This document shows positions 21,616-31,070 of a DNA stretch of 64,000 bases, piece after piece. The notes beneath the pieces were generated by a model. The model was not told the DNA's origin. It saw only the letters and a program-made list of their open reading frames with translations, and ran no database searches. This DNA comes from Candidatus Omnitrophota bacterium. Lineage in GTDB: Bacteria > Omnitrophota > Gorgyraeia > Zapsychrales > JANLHA01. Position 1 is the stretch's first letter, and every line of letters starts with the position of its first letter. The stretch lies in assembly GCA_029560465.1 (NCBI GenBank), contig JAKQKX010000102.1, positions 68,601 to 132,600 of the forward strand, given 5' to 3'. A program made the position numbers and the translations under genes.

Positions 21616-22206
21616 TTAAAAACCGCCGAGAGAAAGAAATCCAATAGCCGCCATCACCTGATCGGCTATTTTTTCATACGATTGATCAAAATCGATAGAA
21701 ACAGGCGGACCGAAGCGGACTCGGATCGGATGCCGTTTAAACCATAGGGCTCCGGGAGGAAGGACGTGGTCAGAGCCTTGAATCAATACCGGAATGACCG
21801 GAACCCGGCTTTTGGCCACCAGAAATCCAATGCCAGGCTGCGCTTTAGTCCCCCCAGTGTCCAAGCGTGTGCCTTGAGGGAACAACAACAACGGAGAGCC
21901 ATTCTTTAACCGCCGCAGGGCTTCCCGCAAGGCGCCGATATCCGGCTCGCCTCGGCGGATCGGGAACGTCCCAACCTGCCGCAGAAACCATCCCAGCAAA
22001 GGATTCTTAAAAAGGGACTTCTTGGCCATGTAACTGATCCGGCGCCAGACGCTCAACCCGACGATGAGAGGATCAAGGTAACTGAGGTGGTTGCACGCGA
22101 AAATATAACTGCCTTGGGAGGGGATGTGTTTCCGGCCCTCGGTCGTAAACGGGAAAAACACCTTGCTAAAAAGCTTAATAATGACGTAACTGCCCCAGTA
22201 TACCAT
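21616..22206 (-). CDS. plsC: 1-acyl-sn-glycerol-3-phosphate acyltransferase
   Basis: NHLSYLD (HxxxxD), MAKKSLF, FPIRR and FPQGTR. Confidence 0.92.
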   Translation of the reverse strand: MVYWGSYVIIKLFSKVFFPFTTEGRKHIPSQGSYIFACNHLSYLDPLIVGLSVWRRISYMAKKSLFKNPLLGWFLRQVGTFPIRRGEPDIGALREALRRLKNGSPLLLFPQGTRLDTGGTKAQPGIGFLVAKSRVPVIPVLIQGSDHVLPPGALWFKRHPIRVRFGPPVSIDFDQSYEKIADQVMAAIGFLSLGGF

Positions 22207-22228
22207 CTTTGCCGGCGCTTCCTTATAT

Positions 22229-23647
22229 TCAAGATCTTAAAAGCTTATCGCCATATTGAATCAATTCCTTGGCGCGTTTCAGAGTTTTGGCCTCTGAATA
22301 GGCGCGCACCAACGGTTCGGTCCCGGAAGGCCGGAGCATAAGCCAACTCTCATCCTCACAAATGAGCTTGACACCGTCAGAATCTCGCATATCAACGACT
22401 TTCTTCCCCAACAGGCTCGTGGTTTCCTTAAACCGCTGGATATCAAATGGTTTGGCCCCAAGCTTCACATCGCTTCTTTGGTAATAATAACGTCCAAACT
22501 CCTGTTCCATCTCCTCCACGATTTTCTTAATATTCTTCTTCTGATAAACCATCATTTCCAGCAGCAAAAGCCCGGCCAGAGTACCGTCCCGCTCCGGGAT
22601 ATAATCCTGGAAACCCATCCCGCCTGCTTCCTCACCCCCGGCGACAATATTTTCAGATACCATCAAATCAGAAATGTATTTAAACCCCACCGGCGTTTCA
22701 TAGAGTTTCAAATCCAATTTGGCCGCGATTTTATCCAGCATCGTCGTCCCGCAGATCGTTTTCACAACCCCGCCCTTCCGGCCCCGATTCCTCACCAAAT
22801 GTAAAATAAGCAACCCGAGGATTTTCTGCGGATGCAGAAATTCCCCCCCGGATGCCACCGCCGCAATCCGGTCCGCGTCCCCGTCCAAGACCAGCCCCAA
22901 GTCAAAACCTTCTGTTTTAACCCGTTTGATAATGCCGTCCAAGTACTGCACCACCGGCTCCGGCTTCTTCCCGTCAAAATAAGGATTGATGTCTTCCCGC
23001 ATCAGCGACAGCCGGACGCTTGTGCCCTTCAAAGCCTCGGCGATCAGGCTATCCCCGCTGCCGTGCATCGCGTCCATCAACACCTTAAACCGGGCCGTCT
23101 TAATTTTCTTCAAATCAATGTAATTCCTTATAAACTTCAGGTAAGCGGTTTTGTAATTTTGCATGACAACCTTCCCGGCCTGCCTGGCTTCGTTAAAATC
23201 CATGGGCTGAACCGGCGTTTCACAGATATAGCCTTCCACTTTATTCGTGATCTCTTTGGAGGCCCCACCGCCCTGCGCCGTCTTGATTTTCACCCCGTTG
23301 AACTTATACGGATTATGGCTCGCCGTGATCATAATCCCCGCCACGCACGCGTGGACCGTGACCCCGTAACTGAGGGCCGGTGTCGGGATAGGCGCGTCTG
23401 ACAACACCACATCGATATCGTTCTTCGCCAAAACACAAGCCACGGTCTCGGCGAACTCGGCGGACATAAAACGGGTGTCGTACCCCACCGCCACGCGTTT
23501 CCGGCCATTGATGTCAGCGAGGTCCCGTTTGACCCATTCGCTGATCGCCTGGCTGAGGACAGCCACATTCTCAAACGTGAATGTGTCGGCGATCACCGCG
23601 CGCCATCCATCAGTCCCGAATTTGATTATGTCTTTCTTAGAAATCAT
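22229..23647 (-). CDS. Phosphoglucomutase/phosphomannomutase family protein
   Basis: FGTDG, TASHNP catalytic Ser, DGDADR, GEE and RPSGTEP; start moved to ATG 23647 after GGGGAG. Confidence 0.95.
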   Translation of the reverse strand: MISKKDIIKFGTDGWRAVIADTFTFENVAVLSQAISEWVKRDLADINGRKRVAVGYDTRFMSAEFAETVACVLAKNDIDVVLSDAPIPTPALSYGVTVHACVAGIMITASHNPYKFNGVKIKTAQGGGASKEITNKVEGYICETPVQPMDFNEARQAGKVVMQNYKTAYLKFIRNYIDLKKIKTARFKVLMDAMHGSGDSLIAEALKGTSVRLSLMREDINPYFDGKKPEPVVQYLDGIIKRVKTEGFDLGLVLDGDADRIAAVASGGEFLHPQKILGLLILHLVRNRGRKGGVVKTICGTTMLDKIAAKLDLKLYETPVGFKYISDLMVSENIVAGGEEAGGMGFQDYIPERDGTLAGLLLLEMMVYQKKNIKKIVEEMEQEFGRYYYQRSDVKLGAKPFDIQRFKETTSLLGKKVVDMRDSDGVKLICEDESWLMLRPSGTEPLVRAYSEAKTLKRAKELIQYGDKLLRS

Positions 23648-23666
23648 CTGCGCTCCCCCGTTTCTT

Positions 23667-24254
23667 TTATTTATCAATTTTATACAACTGATTTTGTTCA
23701 ATATACTCCAAAACCTTGTCCGGGATAAGGTATTTAATCGTCTTCCCCTGCCCAATCGCCCGGCGAAGATACGACGAAGAGATGTCCATCCCGGGCAGCA
23801 TGACAGACTGAAATTTAATTTTTTTCTGGTGATGCCGGAAGCCGGGCCGGTTCACAACGATAAAAGTGACGATTTCGACAATACGGTCAATCTCTTTCCA
23901 GGTCTCAAGGGTGTCGACATTATCCTCCCCGACGATAAAAAAAAGTTTAGTTTCGGCCGGATAAATCTCCCGGAAATGGCGGACCGTGTCGACCGAATAA
24001 GACTTGCCGCCTTTCTGAATTTCGTAATCGGACACTTCAAACCTGGGGTTGCCCCGCGTCGCCAGCGCCACCATTTGATACCGGTCCCGGGCCGACGCCA
24101 ACCGCGGGATCTTCTTGTGCGGCGGCAACGCGGACGGGACAAAAATCACCTTGTCAAGACGGCACTTCTCCAAAGCCTTCTGGGCGATCGCCATATGCCC
24201 GATATGAACCGGATCAAATGTGCCTCCCAATATACCAATACGCGATGGCGTCAT
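23667..24254 (-). CDS. nadD: Nicotinate-nucleotide adenylyltransferase
   Basis: GGTFDPVHIGH, PPHK, SYSVDT and ISSS. Confidence 0.96.
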   Translation of the reverse strand: MTPSRIGILGGTFDPVHIGHMAIAQKALEKCRLDKVIFVPSALPPHKKIPRLASARDRYQMVALATRGNPRFEVSDYEIQKGGKSYSVDTVRHFREIYPAETKLFFIVGEDNVDTLETWKEIDRIVEIVTFIVVNRPGFRHHQKKIKFQSVMLPGMDISSSYLRRAIGQGKTIKYLIPDKVLEYIEQNQLYKIDK

Positions 24255-24269
24255 ACGCTTTCGTCCGGT

Positions 24270-25526
24270 TTAACCCCTGATTTGCCCTTTGCCAAGGATG
24301 ATGTATTTATACGTTGTCAACTCCTGCAAGGCCATGGGCCCCCGGGCGTGCAGCTTATCTGTGCTAATCCCGATTTCCGCTCCGAATCCAAATTCATAAC
24401 CGTCCGTGAAACGGGTCGAGGCGTTGCTGTAAACGCAAGCGGAGTCCACCCCCTGAAGGAACTGACGGGCTTCATTTCTATCCGACGTCACGATCGCGTC
24501 GGAATGATGCGATCCGTATGTATTAATATGGTCAATCGCCTCATTGACCGATGACACGACTTTAACCGACAGGATAAGGTCCAAATATTCTTCACCCCAG
24601 TCTTCTTCCCGGGCGGGCTTCACCCCTTTGACAATACGCCGGGTAAACGGGCAACCGCGGATTTCCACTCCGGCCTTCATAAGGGCGCCCAGCATAACCG
24701 GGAGGAATCTTCCGGCGATGTCCTTATGCACCAGCATCGTTTCCATGGCGTTGCACACGCCGGGGCGCTGCACCTTGGCGTTAAAACAGATCTGATGGGC
24801 CATATGGATATCCGCCCGGTCGGAAACATACGTATGGCAAACCCCTTTATAATGTTTGATGACCGGGATCAGAGAATGTTCGGACACAAAACGGATCAGG
24901 CCTTCCCCCCCCCGGGGAATAATCAGGTCCACCTCATCACGGCATTTTAAAAGCGCCTGGACAGCCTGCCGGTCCGTGGACGCTATCATCTGGATGACAT
25001 CAACCGGAATCCGAGTCTGCCTTAACGCTTCTTTCAGGACGTTAAAAATTGCCTGGTTGGAGAACAAGGCCTCTTTTCCCCCTTTTAATATGACCGCGTT
25101 GCCTGACTTCAGACATAACCCGACGCAGTCACTGGTTACGTTCGGACGGGCTTCATAAATAATCCCGATCAGCCCCAAGGGAACCCGGACTTTTTCAATT
25201 TTTAATCCGTTAGGACGGGTAAAAGTCTCGATGACGTCCCCGACAGGATCTTTTAACGCGGCCGTTTCTTTCAGGCAGTCAACCATCCCCCGGATGCGTT
25301 TATCCGTCAATGTCAACCGGTCAACCAGCGCTTGAGGGTGTTGGGCTTTTTGAGAGGCGGCCACATCTTTCTGATTCTCAGACAGGATCCGGGCCCCATT
25401 CTCCAGGAGGGCCTGAGCCATGCTTTTTAAAGCCTTATTCTTTTCCGCCGCAGTGGTCAGCGCCAAGACACGCGCGGCTGCCTTAGCCTTGCGGGCCATC
25501 GCCCTTATAGTTTTCTCTGTGTTCAT
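24270..25526 (-). CDS. proA: Gamma-glutamyl phosphate reductase
   Basis: IIYEARPNVT, PRGG, VCNAMET, NASTRFTDG and KLHARGP. Confidence 0.98.
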   Translation of the reverse strand: MNTEKTIRAMARKAKAAARVLALTTAAEKNKALKSMAQALLENGARILSENQKDVAASQKAQHPQALVDRLTLTDKRIRGMVDCLKETAALKDPVGDVIETFTRPNGLKIEKVRVPLGLIGIIYEARPNVTSDCVGLCLKSGNAVILKGGKEALFSNQAIFNVLKEALRQTRIPVDVIQMIASTDRQAVQALLKCRDEVDLIIPRGGEGLIRFVSEHSLIPVIKHYKGVCHTYVSDRADIHMAHQICFNAKVQRPGVCNAMETMLVHKDIAGRFLPVMLGALMKAGVEIRGCPFTRRIVKGVKPAREEDWGEEYLDLILSVKVVSSVNEAIDHINTYGSHHSDAIVTSDRNEARQFLQGVDSACVYSNASTRFTDGYEFGFGAEIGISTDKLHARGPMALQELTTYKYIILGKGQIRG

Positions 25527-25574
25527 CCCCCGTCCCTCACTTCAGCAGATTCTCAAACGCGCCGAGAAAGCCCC

Positions 25575-26687
25575 TTAGCGCTGACAAAGCACCAGGTTAT
25601 CGCAATGGATAGCTTCCTTTTGTCCCCGCCGGGCTTCACTCCCCGTCTGCAGGGCTTTGTTAAGGTCCGCCGTGGAATAATTTGAAATCCCCCTGGCAAT
25701 CTCCTGCTGGTCTTTCCCGCGCACCATCACAACATCCTGGGCCTTAAAATGCCCTTCAATTTTCAATACCCCGGGCAAAAGAAGGCTGCGCCCGCCTTGC
25801 AACAGGGCCTTCTCCGCCCCCGCATCGACAAAAATCACGCCCTGGGGTTTAGCCCCGAAAGAAATCCAATGTTTTCGTGACAAAAGCCGATTTTCTTTTT
25901 CAACAAACAACGTCCCGATCCGCTCTCCATCCAAAATGCGAAGCAAAACATCCTTCGTGCGGCCGTTGGCGATGATGCACGGCACATTCGCCCGCGTCGC
26001 AACCTGGACCGCCTGAAGCTTGGCGGACATCCCGCCTTTGGCCATATGCTTGTTAGATGTCCCGGCCGCCAGGCCTTCAATCTGCGCTGTAATCTCCCTG
26101 ATTTCACGAAAGACTTTTTTGCGCCCGGTTCTCAGGTCATACAGCCCTTCGACGTCGGACAGAATAACCAGCAAGTCCGCGTGCATCTGGCTGGCAACCA
26201 GGGCGGAAAGCCTGTCATTATCCCCGAACTTGATTTCCTCCGTTGAGATTGTGTCATTCTCGTTGATGACAGGAATCGCCTTCCGCTCTAAAATCGTTTT
26301 CAGCGTGGCCCGGGCGTTGTTAAAACGCGCCCGGTCGGAAAAATCATCCCAAGTTAATAAAACCTGCGCGCAGGTTATTTTCTCCGGTTTAAACAAATCC
26401 GCGTACGTGCGCATCAAGACCAGCTGCCCGATGGCCGCCAGGGCCTGCAGCGAAGACACGTCTCCGGGACGCACGCGAAGCTGCTGCTCTCCCATTCCCA
26501 GAACAATAGCGCCGGAGCTGACCAAAATCACTTCCACTCCGCGTTTATGCAAAAGCCCGATCTGGGAAACCAAGGTTTTCAATAGCGCCGTGCGCGGCTT
26601 CATGCGGTATGACGCGATGCTGCTTGAGCCGATTTTAATAACAATCCGTTTAATAGGTCTTGGAAATTTCCTGGACATGATGCCCAC
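25575..26687 (-). CDS. proB: Glutamate 5-kinase with PUA domain
   Basis: VIKIGSS, VSSGA, PVINEND, FGDND and GGMxxK. Confidence 0.98.
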   Translation of the reverse strand: MGIMSRKFPRPIKRIVIKIGSSSIASYRMKPRTALLKTLVSQIGLLHKRGVEVILVSSGAIVLGMGEQQLRVRPGDVSSLQALAAIGQLVLMRTYADLFKPEKITCAQVLLTWDDFSDRARFNNARATLKTILERKAIPVINENDTISTEEIKFGDNDRLSALVASQMHADLLVILSDVEGLYDLRTGRKKVFREIREITAQIEGLAAGTSNKHMAKGGMSAKLQAVQVATRANVPCIIANGRTKDVLLRILDGERIGTLFVEKENRLLSRKHWISFGAKPQGVIFVDAGAEKALLQGGRSLLLPGVLKIEGHFKAQDVVMVRGKDQQEIARGISNYSTADLNKALQTGSEARRGQKEAIHCDNLVLCQR

Positions 26688-26690
26688 CTT

Positions 26691-27677
26691 TTAGGACAAG
26701 GGGCCCTTCAGATTCTGCAAGCTCTCCCGAATTTGCGTCACGACAGCCTCAACACCGTCCCCGGTTTGAGCGGATATGGACATGGCCCTGATATCCGGGT
26801 ACCTCTGCCTAAAACGCCGGAGATGCCCGGAGGACTGCGGAAGATCCATCTTGTTCGCCACCACAATCTTCTGTTTCACCGAAAGCCGGTCACTGTAAGA
26901 CGCGACTTCCTCGTTGATCTTTTCATAATCCTCGCAGGGATCACGGCCTTCCGTGGCGGCCATGTCAATCACGTGCACCAAAATCTGCGTGCGTTCCGCG
27001 TGTTTGAGAAAGCGGTCGCCCAAGCCCCTTCCAGAATGAGCCCCTTCAATAAGCCCGGGGAGATCGGCCACGATAAAATCCTGGCCCGGTTCGCCTTGGA
27101 CAACCCCCAGGACCGGGGCTTTTGTCGTGAACGGGTAATCCGCGACTTTTGACCTTACCTTAGATATACAATTAATCAGCGTTGATTTTCCGGCATTGGG
27201 GAAACCGATAATGCCCACATCCGCAATCAGTTTTAATTCCAGATGAATCGTCCGGGCTTGACCGACACCCGGCGGCGCCGGCGTCCGGTTATAGATATTT
27301 CCCCTGCCCCCGGCTCCGCCTTGGGCGACAAGGATGCGTTGCCCATGCTCCGTGAGGTCCCGGATCAAAAGGCCGGTGTCCTTGTCACGGACGATCGTGC
27401 CCACAGGGATCTTCAAAACACAATCTTCAGCGGTCTTGCCCTTTTTCCCTTTACTGCCGCCGTGTCCGCCGTTATCCGCTTTATAATGCTGTTTATACCG
27501 ATAATCCAATAAAGTTTGGATATGGCTGTCGGCCTCAAAAACAATGTCGCCGCCCTTGCCTCCATCGCCGCCATCCGGCCGAGGATGGCGCATATACTTA
27601 TCCCGGTAAAAACTTTCGCATCCTTTTCCGCCATTGCCCGCATTCAAAAAAATCCGTGCTTCATCCACAAAAGCCAT
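26691..27677 (-). CDS. obgE: GTPase ObgE/CgtA (no extended C-terminal domain)
   Basis: FVDEA, Gly-rich Obg fold, GFPNAGKST, YPFTT, DLPG and NKMD. Confidence 0.97.
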   Translation of the reverse strand: MAFVDEARIFLNAGNGGKGCESFYRDKYMRHPRPDGGDGGKGGDIVFEADSHIQTLLDYRYKQHYKADNGGHGGSKGKKGKTAEDCVLKIPVGTIVRDKDTGLLIRDLTEHGQRILVAQGGAGGRGNIYNRTPAPPGVGQARTIHLELKLIADVGIIGFPNAGKSTLINCISKVRSKVADYPFTTKAPVLGVVQGEPGQDFIVADLPGLIEGAHSGRGLGDRFLKHAERTQILVHVIDMAATEGRDPCEDYEKINEEVASYSDRLSVKQKIVVANKMDLPQSSGHLRRFRQRYPDIRAMSISAQTGDGVEAVVTQIRESLQNLKGPLS

Positions 27678-27718
27678 GGTCTCGTCTTCTTTCAACCCTT
27701 GTTTCAGGCCGAATGATT

Positions 27719-28036
27719 TTACGCGCCGACAACAATTCTCTTGATTTGAAGCGCCGTGAGTTTTTCCCGAGAAGCCCTTTTGGAAGATGAGCTTTTCCGC
27801 AACCGATATTTGAAAGCCACCACCTTCGCCCCCCCCATGTGATTCAGAACTTCGGCCTGCACCTTCACGTCCCCCAAATAAGGTTTGCCAACCCGGACAT
27901 TGGCGCCATCGGAAAGCAATAGGACCTGGTTTAAGCTCAGTTCCTCTCCCTTTTCCCCTTTTAAACGATTCAGCTGAATCACGTCGCCCTCACTGACCTT
28001 AAACTGGGATGAACCAATTTTAATAACGGCAAACAT
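27719..28036 (-). CDS. rplU: 50S ribosomal protein L21
   Basis: MFAVIKIGSSQFKVSEGD...VGKPYL...KVVAFKY; AAGGAGG SD before ATG 28036. Confidence 0.93.
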   Translation of the reverse strand: MFAVIKIGSSQFKVSEGDVIQLNRLKGEKGEELSLNQVLLLSDGANVRVGKPYLGDVKVQAEVLNHMGGAKVVAFKYRLRKSSSSKRASREKLTALQIKRIVVGA

Positions 28037-28137
28037 AAACTCCTCCTTCACGCTCCCCAAAACATGTTATAGAATTAGTATTTCTTAAATACTTCATTAA
28101 ACCCTATTATAGGAAAAAGTCAACAAAATTCTGCAAC

Positions 28138-28169
28138 CGGCCTGCCCGGGGCGTATGCCCCCCAGGCCG
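28138..28169 (-). terminator. GC-rich hairpin downstream of rne/rng
   Basis: CGGCCTG..GGGGC-GTAT-GCCCC..CAGGCCG inverted repeat; U-tail weak. Confidence 0.4.
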
Positions 28170-28196
28170 CGCATAAGGACGTCCCCCAACAGCGGC

Positions 28197-29495
28197 TCAG
28201 CTGGTTTTAACTCTCCCACGCCCATCACAATACGGGCAGACGCCAAAAGCGATGGATTCCAAAGCTTTGCCAGTCCTGGCCCGCGTCATTTCGACCAATC
28301 CTAAAGAAGAAATCTGATTCACTTCTGACTTGGCGTGATCTTTTTTTAAAGCCACTTGCAACGCTTCCAAGACTTTCCTTTTATGCATCTCCCGGGACAT
28401 GTCAATAAAATCAATAACGATAATCCCGCCCAGATCGCGCAAACGGAGCTGCCGGGCGATCTCCGGGGCGGCTTCCATATTCACCATGAAAGCCGCTTCT
28501 TCAGGAGAAGCCTTCGTTTTAAAACGGCCGCTGTTGACATCAACGACTATCAGCCCCTCCGTGGGCTCAATGACGATATACGCCCCGGACTTCAGGAGAA
28601 CCCGCGGATTATAAATCTTCTCCAACTCTTTGGACACCCCCTTCGCTTCGAAAAGTGGGCTGGTACCCCGGTACAAATGAATCTTATGGATTTCTTCCTT
28701 CCCGATCAGATTCTGGACAAATTTCTTCAACTTTATAAAATCTTCCGAAGAATCAATGACAACCTTGTCCACCCGCGCGTTGAGATAATCCCTGACCACT
28801 TTCCAGATAAGGTCAAATTCCTTATAAATCAGCGCCGGAGCTTTTTTATTCTCGGCCAATTTGGTGATCTGCTGCCAGATTTTATAAAGGAACTTCGCGT
28901 CCCTGAGCAATTCCCTTTTCCCCTGTTCACAAGAAACCGTCCTCACGATAAACCCGCCCTGCCGCGTGAACGTAAACCCTTTCAGCACATCCTTAAGACG
29001 CTGGCGCTCGTCCATATTCAAAATTTTCTTGGAGACACCGTTATGGCTGTCAAACGGCATATACACGATAAACCGCCCGGCGAGGGAAATATGCGTCGTC
29101 AGGCGGGCCCCTTTATTGCTGAACGGGTCCTTGACGACCTGGACCAAAATCTCCTGCCCCTCCTTCAGGGGCTGCGGCGACGCCTCTTGTCGGGGGGCAG
29201 TCTTATCTTTATGCTTTAAAATACGGTGCAGCAATTTCTTGGGCCCGTTGATCTCCTCTTCCAGCAACGGGTTGATCGCGTCCGTCAAATAGAGGAACCC
29301 GTTTTTCTCCTGGCCGATATTAACGAAAGCCCCGTTAATGGACGGCAAGATGGATTCGACCCTCCCCTTGTAAACGTTCCCCAAGATAGACTGATCATTG
29401 ACTTTCTCAATATAAAAATCATCCAGTTTCCCTTCATCAATAATGGCGACCCGGGTTTCCCCCGTTCCGATCTGAATCAAAATCTCTCTCGACAC
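28197..29495 (-). CDS. Ribonuclease E/G family endoribonuclease (short; ends at the Zn-link)
   Basis: GNVYKGRV S1 domain, VDVNSG, RLRDLGGIIVIDFIDM, GLVEMTR and CPYCDGRG; GTG start after AAGGAGG. Confidence 0.96.
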   Translation of the reverse strand: MSREILIQIGTGETRVAIIDEGKLDDFYIEKVNDQSILGNVYKGRVESILPSINGAFVNIGQEKNGFLYLTDAINPLLEEEINGPKKLLHRILKHKDKTAPRQEASPQPLKEGQEILVQVVKDPFSNKGARLTTHISLAGRFIVYMPFDSHNGVSKKILNMDERQRLKDVLKGFTFTRQGGFIVRTVSCEQGKRELLRDAKFLYKIWQQITKLAENKKAPALIYKEFDLIWKVVRDYLNARVDKVVIDSSEDFIKLKKFVQNLIGKEEIHKIHLYRGTSPLFEAKGVSKELEKIYNPRVLLKSGAYIVIEPTEGLIVVDVNSGRFKTKASPEEAAFMVNMEAAPEIARQLRLRDLGGIIVIDFIDMSREMHKRKVLEALQVALKKDHAKSEVNQISSLGLVEMTRARTGKALESIAFGVCPYCDGRGRVKTS

Positions 29496-29534
29496 AATCC
29501 CTCCTTATCCCTCAATCCAATTTCTTAACTATTA

Positions 29535-29717
29535 ACGCCCGCCTCGGGGATCAAACATCCGACCCGCAAAACGCTTGCCCGGCAACCCCTGAGCCGCGGT
29601 CCATTCTCCCCGTAAAGTCCGTAAAAGGATACCTCTGCCCCCACGTTCCATCTTGCGTGAACCGGAGGCAGAGGTTGCGATCTTCAAGCTTCTCAACGCG
29701 TTACAACCCGGCAGCGC
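29535..29717 (-). ncRNA. Putative structured RNA / long 5' leader of rne/rng (family unknown)
   Basis: 12-bp stem ACCUCUGCCUCC/GGGGGCAGAGGU, second hairpin UCCUU..GGGGA, outer pairings GUAAC/GUUGC and UUGAG/CUCAG; G-U pairs favour the minus strand. Confidence 0.4.
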
Positions 29718-29719
29718 GA

Positions 29720-31069
29720 TTACGGCTGCTCCTGCGAGATAATGTGCGGCGTCAGGAAAATCAACAAATCGGTCTTTGTCGACGTCTTTTCCGTCTTCTG
29801 AAAAAGCAGGCCCAAAAGCGGAATGTCTCCTAAAATCGGAAGCTTCCTTTTCACATCCGAACTCTGATCCCTGATCAAACCGGCGATAACCAGCGTTTCC
29901 CCGTTTTTGATCATAACGCTCGTCGTAACTTCTTCGGTGCTCAACTGCGGCATCGACGTGTTTTCGACCGTCACAAAATCCAGAATCGCAGTAATCTTCG
30001 GGTTGATGTCCAGAGTCACGAACCCGGTGTTGTTCACATGCGGCGTGACCTCAAAAATAATGCCGATATCCTTGAATTCCCAATCACTGATCTGCATTTT
30101 CCCTTGTTCATCGTTATAATTATAGTTCGGAATCGGATACTGGCTTCCGACGGTAATTTTGGCCATTTTATTGTCCAGCGTGACAATACGCGGGTTCGAC
30201 AAAATATTGGTATCGCTCCGGGTTGACAGCATTTCAAAAACAGCCTGTGCCTCGGCGAAACTTAAAGTCCCGAGAGAGAACCCGGAAGTAGTCGTGGTGG
30301 GTTGAAAGCCAGAATCATCGTCACCTATCGACGGGAAATTATACGGCGAGTATTTATTGGACGTATCTATCGTAAATGGCCACATATGCGGGCGGGCTGA
30401 TCCGGTGACAGTGGCCTTCGCGACCCAGTCGACCCCCAGCTTATCGGTGTTGCTCAAGGTGGTCTCCACAATCTTCGCCTCAATCAAAACCTGGGGCGTC
30501 GTTTTATCCAGCTGATCGATAACCGTTGATATCAATTCCAGATTTTCTGGGATATCGCGGACGATCACGGCGTTGGTGCGCTCATCCATGTTGATGCTGC
30601 CCCGGCTGGTTTTCATTTTATCGATGGACCCCATGACATCCGTCGCTTTGGCGTAATTCAAAATATACGTCTTGGTCACCAGCGGCTCCTGATCAGACAG
30701 CAGCTTGGCGTCTTCACGCCTTTTCTTTAAATTCTCAATCGTCGTGACCGTGATGATGTTCCCCCTCTGTTCATACGCGTAGCCGTACGTCTCCAGGACG
30801 ACCTGTAGAGCCTTCTGCCACGGAACGTCCTGCAGTTTAATCGTGATCAAACCCGTCACCTCCGGGCCGGCCACAATGTTGACCCCGCTCTTGTAGGAGA
30901 GGATCCTCAGGACATTCTGAATATCCGCGTCCCTGAAATCCAGGCTGACGTTCCCCCCCTCCGACATGGAGAGGTTTTCTGGAGAACCCGCCGTTGTGCC
31001 GTCTTGCGCATACACAGGAGTCATCATCAAGGCCAAAAAAATAACCAGTATTACCCATCGTTTCAACAT
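29720..31069 (-). CDS. pilQ: Type IV pilus secretin
   Basis: Signal peptide, N0 domain (SLDFRDADI...VPWQKAL), DERTNAVIV, PQVLIEAKIVE and LPILGDIPLLGLLF; ends the pilMNOP cluster. Confidence 0.92.
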   Translation of the reverse strand: MLKRWVILVIFLALMMTPVYAQDGTTAGSPENLSMSEGGNVSLDFRDADIQNVLRILSYKSGVNIVAGPEVTGLITIKLQDVPWQKALQVVLETYGYAYEQRGNIITVTTIENLKKRREDAKLLSDQEPLVTKTYILNYAKATDVMGSIDKMKTSRGSINMDERTNAVIVRDIPENLELISTVIDQLDKTTPQVLIEAKIVETTLSNTDKLGVDWVAKATVTGSARPHMWPFTIDTSNKYSPYNFPSIGDDDSGFQPTTTTSGFSLGTLSFAEAQAVFEMLSTRSDTNILSNPRIVTLDNKMAKITVGSQYPIPNYNYNDEQGKMQISDWEFKDIGIIFEVTPHVNNTGFVTLDINPKITAILDFVTVENTSMPQLSTEEVTTSVMIKNGETLVIAGLIRDQSSDVKRKLPILGDIPLLGLLFQKTEKTSTKTDLLIFLTPHIISQEQP

Positions 31070-31070
31070 A

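Noticed and set aside
23475-24554. Long plus-strand ORFs (this 359-aa one; also 4622-5494, 12713-13585, 28356-29219, 40400-41317, 59393-60244)
   Set aside because: Antisense shadows of well-supported minus-strand genes, with no motifs and unnatural composition
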